Origin: an uncultured Candidatus Saccharibacteria bacterium
GTDB taxonomy: Bacteria; Patescibacteriota; Minisyncoccia; Phycocordibacterales; SBAW01
Direction of reading: 5' to 3'
Length of the DNA: 64,000 nucleotides
Assembly: GCA_964650645.1 (NCBI GenBank)
Contig: CAZYUH010000001.1
Span: 219,032-283,031 of the forward strand
Position numbers and translations under genes: made by a program. Of this stretch, positions 35,892-46,100 are shown piece by piece. Each line of letters begins with the position of its first letter. Within the stretch, counting starts at the first letter, position 1. The notes beneath the pieces are model-generated. The model was not told the origin of the DNA. It saw nothing but the letters and a program-made list of their open reading frames with translations, and searched no databases.

Positions 35892-37379
35892 ATGCCACCA
35901 CATATTCCCGATCCGCTCAATCCGAGACAGAGGTTCGCTCCGGCACCCGTGCCGGGCTCCGCTTCCGCGCCTGCGCCTGCTCCCGTACCGGAACACGCGC
36001 CCGTTTCCGCTCCTGCAGCAGCTCCCGAACCCGCAACGCCGCCGCACCCCCTCGCGCCGGCTCACCCCGCGCCTGCGCCCATAGCGGCTCCTGCCCCTGC
36101 GCCCCAGCCGCCCGCGCCGCCGTCTGCTCCCGCGCCGCAGGCCGCTCCTTCCGCACCCCTCCCCGCATCTGCGCCAAGCGCGCCTGCCACGGCATCGGCG
36201 CATGTCGACCTCAGCAAGATAGTGCTCCCGAAGAAGCCGGGAAGCCCGTCGCTCGATTCGGCCCAGCGTGTCAATGCAGGCGTCTTGTTCGAGCAGGAGC
36301 AGGGCGCAACACTGCCCGTCCCGGAGAAGCCTGAGGCTCCGGCAGTGCCGGCGCCAAAAGCGGAGCGGCCGCTGGTAAAGCCCCTGCAGACCTACCAGGA
36401 CGACATCGAGAGCCTGGTCGGCGAAAAGCAGGTCTCGGTGGTGTCCATTGCCGCGGCAGAGGCGGAGCGCCGGGGCATGCAGGCCGTCTCGGAGAAAGTC
36501 CAGCCTAAGGAAGGGCGCGGGCACTGGCTTAGGAAGTCGCTTGTGTTCGCCTCGGGCGTCGTTCTTCTGGCCGCGGCGGGCGGGACCGGATTCTATATAT
36601 ATACGCGCCTCCAGCCGGTTCCCCTCGCAGACCAGTCTCCTTCGCCCTTCATTACGGTAGACGACACGAAGACCGTTGTCCTCGAGTTGGGCGGGTCGCG
36701 CGCCGACATCATGAATGCCCTGACAGAAGCGAAGGACGGCGTGGTCATTTCGCTCGGGCTCATGACCCGCCTCCAGGCGGCGAAGCCCGGCCCCTTAAAC
36801 GACGGCACGCTCCAGGAAGTGGGCGCGCCGGAGTTCCTCCAGGCGCTCGCGCCCTCGGTGCCCCCCGAGCTCGTGCGCACGCTGGAGCCGCAGATGCTTT
36901 TGGGCGTCCACAACTTCGGCGAGAACCAGGCTTTCATGATACTGAAGGCGGACTCGTACGAAACGGCCTACTCGGGAATGCTCGCCTGGGAAGAGAGCAT
37001 GTACGGCGGCCTGACGCCGCTCTTCAAGCGCATCCCCCCGGTGCGCGCGCTCCCTATGCCGCCCCCTGCGCCGGAAGTGCTCGCGGGCACGAGCACTCCC
37101 GGCCTGAACGCCGCGACAACGAGCCCTTCTGCCGCGACCACGACCGAGGCTTTGGCCACGACCACTGCGCCGGCGCAGGTGTTCCAGGGCAATTTCATAG
37201 ACCAGATAGTCGAGAACCGCGACGCGCGCGTCCTGCTCGATGCCGAAGGCAACATACTCATGCTGTGGACCTTCCTCGACCGCTCGACCATCGTCGTCGC
37301 CACCAACGAAGCGACCCTGCGCGAGATCATCTCGCGCCTCTCGCAGGCGAGCGTCCTCTCGCTCCCGCCAAGCAGGTAG
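35892..37379 (+). CDS. Pro/Ala-rich single-pass membrane protein
   Basis: The N-terminal about 150 aa are PAPAP-rich and low-complexity. The TM helix is SLVFASGVVLLAAAGGTGFYIY, followed by a globular C-domain. Start uncertain (see rejected notes). Confidence 0.45.
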   Translation: MPPHIPDPLNPRQRFAPAPVPGSASAPAPAPVPEHAPVSAPAAAPEPATPPHPLAPAHPAPAPIAAPAPAPQPPAPPSAPAPQAAPSAPLPASAPSAPATASAHVDLSKIVLPKKPGSPSLDSAQRVNAGVLFEQEQGATLPVPEKPEAPAVPAPKAERPLVKPLQTYQDDIESLVGEKQVSVVSIAAAEAERRGMQAVSEKVQPKEGRGHWLRKSLVFASGVVLLAAAGGTGFYIYTRLQPVPLADQSPSPFITVDDTKTVVLELGGSRADIMNALTEAKDGVVISLGLMTRLQAAKPGPLNDGTLQEVGAPEFLQALAPSVPPELVRTLEPQMLLGVHNFGENQAFMILKADSYETAYSGMLAWEESMYGGLTPLFKRIPPVRALPMPPPAPEVLAGTSTPGLNAATTSPSAATTTEALATTTAPAQVFQGNFIDQIVENRDARVLLDAEGNILMLWTFLDRSTIVVATNEATLREIISRLSQASVLSLPPSR

Positions 37380-37413
37380 CCTCGCGAACCCGCTCTGGTA
37401 TACTCGGTACTAT

Positions 37414-37767
37414 ATGAATACCGAGCATTTCAAGGAGCGATTGGAGGAAGAGCGCGCGCTTATAGCCAGGCAGCTCGGGGATATCGCGGTGGAAGGGGAC
37501 GACGGCCTGTGGTCCGCGAAGGACCCGCGCATGGACGTTGCATCGCCGCAGGCGGAAGCCAACGAGGCCGCCGACAAGCAGGAGGAAATGGAGGAGCGCG
37601 GCGAGGAAGTGTCCGCGCTCTCGGAGCGCCTCGCCGACGTCAGCGCGGCGCTCGCGAGCATCGAGGCCGGCACCTACGGTGCGTGCGAAGTTTGCGGAAA
37701 GGACATAGAAGGGGAGCGCCTCGAGGCGAACCCCGCCGCCCGCACCTGCACGGAGCACATGCAATAA
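37414..37767 (+). CDS. DksA/TraR-family C4-type zinc-finger protein
   Basis: Coiled-coil N-terminus then CEVCGKDIEGERLEANPAARTCTEH. Confidence 0.7.
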   Translation: MNTEHFKERLEEERALIARQLGDIAVEGDDGLWSAKDPRMDVASPQAEANEAADKQEEMEERGEEVSALSERLADVSAALASIEAGTYGACEVCGKDIEGERLEANPAARTCTEHMQ

Positions 37768-37789
37768 AGCGCCCGAATTTTGACGCGGA

Positions 37790-37815
37790 GCCCCCGTGTT
37801 GCACGGGGGTTTTTC
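37790..37815. terminator. rho-independent terminator (CCCCCGTG-TTGC-CACGGGGG then TTTTT)
   Basis: Read directly. Confidence 0.75.
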
Positions 37816-37833
37816 TTTGGTAAGCTCTGGCCC

Positions 37834-39411
37834 ATGCAGTACGCAAAGGTGCACGGGGCGCAGACCTCCCTGCTTTCGCCCTACATCGTTTCCGTGGAAA
37901 CCGACCTGTCGCGGGGCCTGCACAGCTTTACGGTGGTGGGGCTTCCGGACAAGGCGGTGGAGGAAAGCCGCGACCGCGTCGCGGCGGCCATAAAGCATGC
38001 GGGCTTTGAGAGTCCGAAGAGCCGCAACCAAAAGATAGTCGTCTCCTTGTCGCCGGCCGATTTGAAAAAAGAAGGGCCGATGTTCGATTTGCCCATCGCG
38101 CTCTCGTACCTACTGGCGGCGGGGGACATACGCTTCAATCCGGAGCCGTACCTGTTCGTGGGCGAGCTTTCTTTGGACGGCGCGCTCCAGCCGGTGCGCG
38201 GCGTCCTTCCCTTGGTCGCAGAGGCGAAGAAAAGAGGGAAGAAGGGCGTGTTCGTGCCGAAAGAAAACGAGGAAGAGGCAGCGCTCGTGGGCGGCATAGA
38301 CGTGTACGGCGCCGCGAGCCTGCACGAGGTCGTTGATTTTCTAAACGAGAAGAAGGATGCCGTCGCGAAGAAGGGGAGGAAAGCCGCGGCGAAATTGGAA
38401 GCCGCGGCGCAGACGCGCATCGCGCCGGAGTTCGGCGACGCTCAGTTCGCCCTGGAAGACATACGCGGACAGGAGTCGGCGAAGCGCGCCGCGATTATCG
38501 CGGCCGCGGGCGGGCACAACCTGGGGCTTTCCGGGCCGCCCGGCACGGGAAAGACCATGCTCGCGCGCGCCGTCGCGTCCATTCTGCCGCCGCTCAATTT
38601 CGACGACATGCTCGAAGTAAATGGCATACATTCGGTGGCCGGAACGCTGCCCAAGTCGGGGCACGGCGTCACCATCATGACCCTCCCGCCGTTCCGCGCG
38701 CCGCACCACACCAGCTCGTACGTTTCCATTGTCGGCGGAGGCGCCACCCCGAGACCGGGCGAGGCGACGCTCGCGCACAAGGGCGTTTTGTTCTTAGACG
38801 AATTCCCTGAGTTCGAGCGGCGCGTCATCGAGGCGCTGCGCCAGCCGCTCGAGGACCGCACCGTGTCCGTGGCGCGCGCGAAAGGCACCGCGGTGTTTCC
38901 CGCGCGCTTTACATTGGTCGCCGCAATGAACCCGTGCCCGTGCGGCAACTACGGGCATCCGGAAATAGCCTGCACCTGCGCGCCCTTGGCGCTTGAAAAA
39001 TACGGCAAGAAAATATCGGGGCCCATAGCCGACCGCATCGACCTATGGAGCGCGATGGGCCCGGTCGAACTGGGCGAGCTTGGCAAGCGAAACAGGGAAG
39101 GGACGGAAACGAGCGCGGCGCGCGAGAAGGTACTGAAGGCGCGCGCCGCCCAGAAAGAAAGGTTCGCGGGCACCGCGGCGCCGCACAAGACCAACAGCGA
39201 GCTGTCGCCGCGCGAGCTCGACGAGCTGGTGCCGCTCGCCGCAGGCGTGCGCTCGACGCTTGAGCGTGCCGCGTCGCGCCTCGCGCTTTCCCCGCGCGCG
39301 TACCACCGCGTGATAAAAGTCGCGCGGACCATTGCGGATATTGACGGCGCGCGGGATATTTCCGACGCGCACGTGCTTGAAGCGCTCCAGTACCGCGAGC
39401 GGAAAAGCTAA
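37834..39411 (+). CDS. comM: ComM/YifB Mg-chelatase-like AAA+ ATPase (competence-associated)
   Basis: ChlI N-domain, Walker A GPPGTGKTMLA, and Walker B LFLDEFPEF. Start taken at the internal ATG (MQYAKV). Confidence 0.85.
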   Translation: MQYAKVHGAQTSLLSPYIVSVETDLSRGLHSFTVVGLPDKAVEESRDRVAAAIKHAGFESPKSRNQKIVVSLSPADLKKEGPMFDLPIALSYLLAAGDIRFNPEPYLFVGELSLDGALQPVRGVLPLVAEAKKRGKKGVFVPKENEEEAALVGGIDVYGAASLHEVVDFLNEKKDAVAKKGRKAAAKLEAAAQTRIAPEFGDAQFALEDIRGQESAKRAAIIAAAGGHNLGLSGPPGTGKTMLARAVASILPPLNFDDMLEVNGIHSVAGTLPKSGHGVTIMTLPPFRAPHHTSSYVSIVGGGATPRPGEATLAHKGVLFLDEFPEFERRVIEALRQPLEDRTVSVARAKGTAVFPARFTLVAAMNPCPCGNYGHPEIACTCAPLALEKYGKKISGPIADRIDLWSAMGPVELGELGKRNREGTETSAAREKVLKARAAQKERFAGTAAPHKTNSELSPRELDELVPLAAGVRSTLERAASRLALSPRAYHRVIKVARTIADIDGARDISDAHVLEALQYRERKS

Positions 39412-39471
39412 GGCCGGATTAGATACGCGCACGCAAAAAGCGCCGCGGCATGCCGCGGCGCTTTCCATGCA

Positions 39472-39822
39472 TTAGAAATCCTTTCCGTTCACTTTCGTAA
39501 TTTCGAGCGCCGCAAGATCAACGCCGTCGAGGCAGCGCACGTTGACGCATACGAGATCTTCGTCCTTCTGGTTTCGCCCGCGCGCGAACGACTGCACGCC
39601 GCACGCCGTGCAGAACAGGTGCTGGATTTTCTTTGTATTGAAGCGGTACTCCTGCTGCGCGGACTCGCCTGAGAGGAGCTTGAATTTCTCGGGCTCGACG
39701 AAAGCAAGCACCATGCCTTTCTTGTGGCAGTGCGAGCAATTGCACTCTATGACTTTCGCCAAATCCGTTTCCACCTCGTACGCGACCGCGCCGCAATGGC
39801 ATCCTCCCTTGTATGTTGTCAT
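39472..39822 (-). CDS. GFA-family (glutathione-dependent formaldehyde-activating / CENP-V-like) zinc protein
   Basis: CHCGAV...CNCSHC...C.AC cysteine pattern. Confidence 0.8.
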   Translation of the reverse strand: MTTYKGGCHCGAVAYEVETDLAKVIECNCSHCHKKGMVLAFVEPEKFKLLSGESAQQEYRFNTKKIQHLFCTACGVQSFARGRNQKDEDLVCVNVRCLDGVDLAALEITKVNGKDF

Positions 39823-39864
39823 GCGCGCATTGTAGCAAATCCGATAAAAAAATAAGCTCCGGTA

Positions 39865-40125
39865 TTACCCGGAGCCTTTGCGCTTGTTTTTCCTGCGCCG
39901 CCGTTCAGCAGCGTCGGCGGCGGCACTAATCATTTTCCTGCCGACCTTTTTCGTAACGCCGTCCGGGTCCGAGGCACCCTGCGCACGCTCATATTTTGAT
40001 TTTCCCGCCTCATGCGTTTCGGCAAATTTCTTCGCCTCACTGCCCTTCATGGGCTTCCGGACAAGGCTGAGAGCGACCGGCAAAAGGTCGAAAAACTGTT
40101 CGCGAGTGATAGGCGTATTGGCCAT
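39865..40125 (-). CDS. small basic hypothetical protein (86 aa)
   Basis: Strong SD AGGAAGGAG before the internal ATG (MANTPITREQ...). The track ORF extends further 5'. Confidence 0.5.
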   Translation of the reverse strand: MANTPITREQFFDLLPVALSLVRKPMKGSEAKKFAETHEAGKSKYERAQGASDPDGVTKKVGRKMISAAADAAERRRRKNKRKGSG

Positions 40126-40213
40126 GGGGAGCTCCTTCCTGTTCCGCTTCGCATTGTACAGCAACCGGAATATTTGTGTACCGCAGAACACGCAGCCGGG
40201 GTATGATGCCCGC

Positions 40214-40831
40214 ATGGCCGCGCAGCCGTTTCACGAATCGATGGAATTCTTAAAGAAGGACGCGTGCCTTGGCGCGTTCGTGAAATCGCACGGGCCGATA
40301 CGGCATCGCCGTCGGCACGCGGGCGGCGCGTTCCAATCATTAGCCGAAGCGATCATATACCAGCAGCTCTCCGGCAAGGCGGCGGACACGATACTCAGGC
40401 GGTTCGTTGCGCTGTTTCGTAACGCGGAATTTCCGGCACCCGACGACGTGCTCAAGGTGCGAGAGGAGAAGCTGCGTGCCGCCGGACTTTCGGGGCAGAA
40501 GGCGGGCTACCTCAAAGACCTTGCGAGCAAGTTCAAGGACGGAACGATAGACCCGAAGCTCTTCAAGGACATGAGTGATGCGGACATTATCGCGCACGTC
40601 ACAGCGGTCAAGGGAATAGGGGAGTGGACCGCGCAGATGTTCCTCATGTTTACCCTGCATCGCCCCGACGTCCTGCCGACCGGCGACCTTGGCATACAGA
40701 AGGGTTTCCAGAGGTTATTCAGGCTCAAGGCGCGGCCGAGCGCGGCACAGATGGAAAAGCTCGCGCGCCCCTGGGCGGGGCACCGCACGCTGGCGTGCAT
40801 GTACCTCTGGCGGCTTCTTGAAAAGGAGTGA
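40214..40831 (+). CDS. alkA: DNA-3-methyladenine glycosylase II-like HhH-GPD base-excision enzyme
   Basis: HhH-GPD motif (VKGIGEWTAQMFLMF...D) and AlkA-like fold. Start at the internal ATG (MAAQPFHES). Confidence 0.8.
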   Translation: MAAQPFHESMEFLKKDACLGAFVKSHGPIRHRRRHAGGAFQSLAEAIIYQQLSGKAADTILRRFVALFRNAEFPAPDDVLKVREEKLRAAGLSGQKAGYLKDLASKFKDGTIDPKLFKDMSDADIIAHVTAVKGIGEWTAQMFLMFTLHRPDVLPTGDLGIQKGFQRLFRLKARPSAAQMEKLARPWAGHRTLACMYLWRLLEKE

Positions 40832-41180
40832 GTACGGGTAACGGACTTGTGTTACACAAGTGCATGTACAGCGCCATATTTTCGACGCGTTTCATTTAAA
40901 AAAGTCGGCGGCCCTTGGGCCGCCGACACTGTCCGCTACTGCGAAGAAAAACGCGAATAAATCGCCACCACTACGCACGCCGCTACCAGGGCGGCGGCTA
41001 TCGCGCCGGGCTGGGTGTGCAGTATTTAGGACAGAGCAATTGCAACGAGCGGTATCATGGCCTCCTCCTCCACAAGCGTCGCTAACGCGCGACCGCCGCC
41101 ATTTAACCACTAGTATTTTAAAACGCAAGCGCCCCGTTGCGCTGACAAACGCCCGCGCGTTTGCTACTATGCCGTGACGA

Positions 41181-42047
41181 ATGAAGCGCGTCTTTAAATG
41201 GGCAGCCATAGCGATAGTGCTCGCGCTCGCGGCAGCGGGCGCCGCGTTCATTAGCGTGTTTTTCCTGATGCGCTACGGGCTCCTCAATGTGCGCGGATCG
41301 GCTGCCGAGCGCGACGCGTTCTTCGCCGCGGCATCGACCGCCGCTCCGGCGGCGACGACGCCAGCATCCGCGTCCGCATGCATCGATGCGCAGCTCGCCG
41401 AGTGCGGCTGGAATGAGACGCCGGAGTGGGAGGCGATACGCGGAGGCCTGCTGAAGGACGCGGGCGCGCTCGCGCGCGTGTCGCAGGAAACCGGCGTGAG
41501 CGCCCGCATGATAGCGGCCGTTATCGTGCCCGAGCAGACGCGATTCTTCACGTCCAACCGCGAGGTGTTCAAGCGCTACTTCGAGCCGCTCAAGATCCTC
41601 GGGTCGCTGTCGCAATTCTCGCTGGGGGTGTCCGGCATCAAGCAGGAGACCGCGGAACAAATCGAGGAGTACGCCAACGACCCGTCCTCGCCGTTCTATC
41701 CGGGCCCGGGCATGAGCGAGCTGATCGCGTACGAGGACGGCGCCGACCATGACGCCGAATTGTTCGCGCGGCTTACCGATGCGAAGGACCATTACTACTC
41801 CCTTCTCTACACCGCGCTGTACATCAGGGAAATTGAAGAGCAGTGGAAGCGCGCGGGGTTTGACATTTCGAATAATCCAGAAGCGGTCGCGACGCTGTTC
41901 AACATCGGCTTCAAGGCATCGAACCCGAATGCGCATCCGCGCGCGGCGGGCTCCGTCATACAGACCGGCGGGCGCGCGTATTCCTACGGCGCGCTCGGCG
42001 GGCTGTTCTACGAGTCGGGCGAGCTTGCCGGCGAGTTCCCGCGCTAG
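41181..42047 (+). CDS. secreted/membrane-anchored hypothetical protein
   Basis: Signal/anchor MKRVFKWAAIAIVLALAAAGAAF. No family recognised. Confidence 0.45.
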   Translation: MKRVFKWAAIAIVLALAAAGAAFISVFFLMRYGLLNVRGSAAERDAFFAAASTAAPAATTPASASACIDAQLAECGWNETPEWEAIRGGLLKDAGALARVSQETGVSARMIAAVIVPEQTRFFTSNREVFKRYFEPLKILGSLSQFSLGVSGIKQETAEQIEEYANDPSSPFYPGPGMSELIAYEDGADHDAELFARLTDAKDHYYSLLYTALYIREIEEQWKRAGFDISNNPEAVATLFNIGFKASNPNAHPRAAGSVIQTGGRAYSYGALGGLFYESGELAGEFPR

Positions 42048-42064
42048 CCCGCGGTGCGCGCACG

Positions 42065-42093
42065 AAAAAAGCCCGGCTGGTGCCGGGCTTTTT
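42065..42093. terminator. bidirectional rho-independent terminator (GCCCGGC-TGGT-GCCGGGC flanked by A6 and T5)
   Basis: Read directly. Lies between convergent 41181-42047 and 42099-43292. Confidence 0.75.
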
Positions 42094-42098
42094 AAAAT

Positions 42099-43292
42099 TT
42101 ATATCCGCGCCCCTTCGCCGTACGCGCCGAGCGGATTCGTCGCGCCGCGCACCTCGAAGTGCAGGTGGTTGCCGGTCGACTCGCCGGTCGACCCGACGCG
42201 GCCGATGTTCGCGCCCTGCGTGACGGTCGCGCCGACCGTAGTAAGCACGCTGCTCATGTGCGCGTACAAAGTCTGCGCGCCGTTGGGGTGCCTGATGACG
42301 ACGTAGCTTCCGTACCCGCCATTGTAGCCGCCGGTCTTCGCGACGATGACCGTGCCGCCCGCCGCCGCGTACACGGGCGTGCCGTTCGGCGCGCCGATGT
42401 CGATGCCGTTGTAGCCGTGGATGGACTGCGTGATGATGCCGTGCACCGGAAGGCCGAAGTAGCCGGAGAGCGCGAGGCCCGTTCCGCTGGCGCCCGGCTC
42501 GGGCTTCTTCGCGGGCGTCGCGCTCTTTGCGGGCGCGGCGGCCTTCTTCGCAACCGACGGGCTCTTCGCCGCGGCGGGCGTCGCGACCGACGTCTCGACG
42601 TTGGGGATGAGTATGGACGCGCCCGCGACGAGGTCGGCATCGGAGCCCAGGTCGTTGTACTGCCGGATGTCGTACGCGTCGGACTTCATATCCTTCGCGA
42701 TTCCGGCGATGGTGTCGCCCGCTTTTACCGTGTAGCGCACGCCGGTAATGGGGAGGATGACGAGCTCCTGGCCCGGATGAATGGGCTTGCCCTGGAGCTC
42801 GTTGGCGCCGGTAATGGTGCCGACCGTAACGCCGAACATGTGCGCGATGCCCGAGAGCGTGTCGCCTTCGCGCACGGTGTAGACGGAGATGCTGTAGGAC
42901 ACGGGACGGGCGCCGATGTCGGCCGAGGTGCCTGAAGGGCCGTCCTGGGGCACCAGCGCGGAGCCGTCCACCACATGGATGTCGCCGCCGCCGACCGACG
43001 GGTTAGGGTCGAGGTTGGTGGCCGGGGCCAGTATGGGCACGGTCTGGGAGTTAAAGGATTCAGACTGCGCGCTCGCCTGGGGAATGATGCTCGAAAGGAG
43101 GGATGCTATGGAAAAGAAGCCGGCAGAGGCTACCGCGGGAGCGAAGAGTCCCCAAGACGACCCGCCGACCAAGGCAAGGCACATAAAGGCTTTTTTGAAC
43201 TTCGCCACGAGCGATTGCCGATCCGCCGGAGAAGGAATGGGGGGTTTAGGTAACAATGGGTGTTTTGGCCTGATTCCTGCGTTATTCCGCAA
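42099..43292 (-). CDS. M23-family peptidoglycan endopeptidase with LysM domains
   Basis: Two LysM repeats (YTVREGDTLSGIA..., YTVKAGDTIAGIA...). M23 motifs HGYNGIDIGAPNGTPVYAAAGGTV and HLHFEV. Confidence 0.85.
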   Translation of the reverse strand: MRNNAGIRPKHPLLPKPPIPSPADRQSLVAKFKKAFMCLALVGGSSWGLFAPAVASAGFFSIASLLSSIIPQASAQSESFNSQTVPILAPATNLDPNPSVGGGDIHVVDGSALVPQDGPSGTSADIGARPVSYSISVYTVREGDTLSGIAHMFGVTVGTITGANELQGKPIHPGQELVILPITGVRYTVKAGDTIAGIAKDMKSDAYDIRQYNDLGSDADLVAGASILIPNVETSVATPAAAKSPSVAKKAAAPAKSATPAKKPEPGASGTGLALSGYFGLPVHGIITQSIHGYNGIDIGAPNGTPVYAAAGGTVIVAKTGGYNGGYGSYVVIRHPNGAQTLYAHMSSVLTTVGATVTQGANIGRVGSTGESTGNHLHFEVRGATNPLGAYGEGARI

Positions 43293-43457
43293 AATATGGC
43301 TCTATTGAGCCATATTTAGCTCCCTCACCTGTACATATACAACTGTAGCCAGCATGAATTGGGGCGTCAACTGCCTAAAATGAACAGCCCCCGCAAAACG
43401 GGGGTAAAAAGTGGAAAAATCCTAGTAAATAAAGGGGTTTCGGGGTACTTTAGATAT

Positions 43458-45359
43458 ATGAACCCGCACGAGGGATTAAACACTGCGCAACAGAAAGCTG
43501 TAATGACAATAGACGGGCCGCTCTTGGTCCTTGCCGGGGCAGGGGCCGGCAAGACCCGGGTCATCGCCCACCGGATTTTGGAGATTGTGCGGCGGGGAAA
43601 CGAGCCGCGGAGCGTGCTCGCAATCACGTTTACCAACAAGGCGGCGGGGGAGATGCGCGAGCGGGTCGTCGGCCTGCTTGAGAAGCACGGCCAGGGCGGG
43701 GGGCACCCGCCGTTCGTCTCCACGTTCCACTCTTTAGGGCTCTCTATTATTAAGGAGCACTCGAAGCTCCTAGGGTACAAGCGCACTCCGGCCATTTACG
43801 ACCGCGCCGACTGCCTGCGCGAGATAAAGAGCGCGCTCAAGGCCATTGGGGAGGCGGAGTTCGAGCCGCGCGCGGTATTGGGCGCCATATCGCGGGCGAA
43901 AGGGGACGGCATGACGCTTGGCGGGTATACCGAGAGCGCCGTGAGCTTCAGGGAGCGGACCGTGGCCGCCGCCTGGGCGCTGTACGAGAAGGCGTTGCGC
44001 GAGGACGGGGCCGTGGACTTCGACGACCTCCTCTTGAAGGCGGTCGAGCTGCTGGGAAAGCATACGGATGTTCGCGACGCCTACCGGAAGCGCTGGCGCT
44101 ACATACATATAGATGAATACCAGGACACCAACGTCATACAGGACCGGATGGCCGACCTTTTGGTCGGGCCCGAGAAGAACATCTGCGTGGTGGGCGACCC
44201 CGACCAGACCATATACGGCTGGCGCGGCGCCAAGATAGAGAACATATTGCACTTCGAGAAGAAGTATCCGGACGCCGCTATCGTCCTTTTGGAAGAGAAC
44301 TACCGCTCGACCAAGACCATACTCGACGCCGCGAACCGCCTCATTTCAAACAACAGGAACCGCCCGTCCAAGAACCTGTTTACGGGGCAGGGCGCGGGGG
44401 AACCCATTTCCTTGTACGTTGCGGGCGACGGCGGGGACGAGGCGCTGTTCGTGGCGCGCACGATAGGGGAGCTGAGGCAGGAGGGCGTGCGGCCCCAGCA
44501 CATCGCGATACTCTACCGCGCCAACTTCCAGTCCCGCGCGCTTGAGGAGAAGCTGCTGGACGCGGACGTCCCGTACCAGGTGCTAGGCACGCGCTTCTTC
44601 GAGCGCAAGGAAGTGAAGGACGCGCTCTCGTTCATCCGCGCGGCTATACACGAGACGCCCGCGGACCTGGGCCGCGTGCTCGATACCATGCCGGGCATCG
44701 GCAAGGTCAGCAAGCTGAAAATCCTTTCGGGGCAGGAAGCGGCCCTGCCAGCGAAGATGCGCGAGAAGGTCGCCGGGGTGCGTTCGCTCCTGCGCACCAT
44801 AAAGGAAAGCGCGCTCATCGCGCCGCCGTCGGAGCTTTTGCGCCTTGTGATAACGAAGAGCGGGATGGAGAAGGCGTTCAAGGAGGACAAGGTCGAGGGC
44901 GAGGAGCGCCTCTTGAACCTCGCCGAGCTCGTGTCGCTCTCGACCCGCTACGACAAGCTGCCCCCGCCGGAAGGCCTGGAGCTGTTCCTGGAGAGCGCCG
45001 CTTTGGCGAGCGACCAGGACGAGATAAAGGAGGAGCAGAACCGCGTGCGGCTCATGACCGTGCATGCGGCAAAAGGGCTCGAGTTCGCGTACGTGTTCAT
45101 CGTGGGGCTTGAAGAAGGCCTGTTCCCGTACGCCCGCGAGGGCGAGGCGGCGGGGAGCGGCACCGAAGAGGAGCGCCGGCTCATGTACGTGGCGCTCACG
45201 CGCGCGCAGAAGAAGCTATACCTCTCCTTCGCGATGATGCGCACCGTGTTCGGCAACCTCGACATGCGCACCGCCTCGTCGTTCCTCGAGGAATTGCCGG
45301 GCGAGCTTTTGCGCGCCGAAGCGCCGGAAAAGATTGGCCGCACCATATACCTAGACTAA
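43458..45359 (+). CDS. uvrD: ATP-dependent DNA helicase UvrD/PcrA
   Basis: Motif I AGAGAGKTRV; TFTNKAA; later SF1 motifs. Confidence 0.9.
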   Translation: MNPHEGLNTAQQKAVMTIDGPLLVLAGAGAGKTRVIAHRILEIVRRGNEPRSVLAITFTNKAAGEMRERVVGLLEKHGQGGGHPPFVSTFHSLGLSIIKEHSKLLGYKRTPAIYDRADCLREIKSALKAIGEAEFEPRAVLGAISRAKGDGMTLGGYTESAVSFRERTVAAAWALYEKALREDGAVDFDDLLLKAVELLGKHTDVRDAYRKRWRYIHIDEYQDTNVIQDRMADLLVGPEKNICVVGDPDQTIYGWRGAKIENILHFEKKYPDAAIVLLEENYRSTKTILDAANRLISNNRNRPSKNLFTGQGAGEPISLYVAGDGGDEALFVARTIGELRQEGVRPQHIAILYRANFQSRALEEKLLDADVPYQVLGTRFFERKEVKDALSFIRAAIHETPADLGRVLDTMPGIGKVSKLKILSGQEAALPAKMREKVAGVRSLLRTIKESALIAPPSELLRLVITKSGMEKAFKEDKVEGEERLLNLAELVSLSTRYDKLPPPEGLELFLESAALASDQDEIKEEQNRVRLMTVHAAKGLEFAYVFIVGLEEGLFPYAREGEAAGSGTEEERRLMYVALTRAQKKLYLSFAMMRTVFGNLDMRTASSFLEELPGELLRAEAPEKIGRTIYLD

Positions 45360-46100
45360 ATGCTCAAGAAGAAATCGCTCGGCCAGCACTTCCTGCACAA
45401 CCGCCATTACCTCGCGGCAGTCGCGGACGCGGCCGGCATACGGAAAGGGGACACGGTAGTGGAAATAGGCCCCGGCGAGGGCGCGCTCACCGCCGTTTTG
45501 CTCGAGCGGGGCGCGAAGGTCATCGCGCTCGAGAAGGACGCGCGACTCATCGAGGTTTTGCGCGAGAAGTTCAAGGGCGAGGCGCTCGAGGTGATAGAGG
45601 GCGATGCGCTCGACTACGAGCCGGCGCCCGGAAAGTACACGCTGGTCGGCAACGTCCCGTACTACATTACCGGCGCCCTGTTCAGGAAATTCCTGAGCGC
45701 CCGCGCCCAGCCGCAGGTACTCGTGTTTCTTATACAGAAGGAAGTCGCCGAGCGCATCGCCCGCAGCAAGAAAGAGAGCATCCTGTCGCTTTCAATAAAA
45801 GCGTACGGCGCGCCCGCGTATATAAAGAGCGTGCCCGCGGGCGCGTTCACCCCGCCGCCCAAGGTGGACTCAGCGATACTCGCGGTAAGGGGCGTATCGC
45901 GGAGCAATTTTGAAAGCAGGGAGCACGAAGAGCGGTTTTTCGAATTGCTCAAGGCGGGGTTCGCCCAGAAGCGCAAGCTGCTCGCGGGCAACCTCAAGGG
46001 CCTCGCCGATGCGGCCGCGCTGGAACGCGCGGGAATAGGCGCGAAAGCGCGGGCGGAGGACGTGCCTCTCGAGGCGTGGCTGGAGCTCGCCCGATCCTAG
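45360..46100 (+). CDS. rsmA: 16S rRNA (adenine1518/1519-N6)-dimethyltransferase
   Basis: LGQHFLHN...VVEIGPGEGALT KsgA signature. Confidence 0.9.
   Translation: MLKKKSLGQHFLHNRHYLAAVADAAGIRKGDTVVEIGPGEGALTAVLLERGAKVIALEKDARLIEVLREKFKGEALEVIEGDALDYEPAPGKYTLVGNVPYYITGALFRKFLSARAQPQVLVFLIQKEVAERIARSKKESILSLSIKAYGAPAYIKSVPAGAFTPPPKVDSAILAVRGVSRSNFESREHEERFFELLKAGFAQKRKLLAGNLKGLADAAALERAGIGAKARAEDVPLEAWLELARS

Noticed and set aside
35803-36084. Small ORF with a GAGAGGAAAG SD-like run starting 89 nt upstream of, and out of frame with, the Pro/Ala-rich membrane protein 35892-37379. Possible frameshifted true start.
   Set aside because: It cannot be resolved by eye. Pro/Ala-rich GC-rich sequence is open in several frames. 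The 35892 frame is kept because it continues through the TM and globular domains.
40892-41251. 119-aa minus-strand ORF overlapping the start of 41181-42047 and containing a terminator-like hairpin (40898-40928).
   Set aside because: Ala/Arg/Gly-rich with no start context. It overlaps a better-supported gene. The hairpin looks like a stand-alone terminator or structural element.
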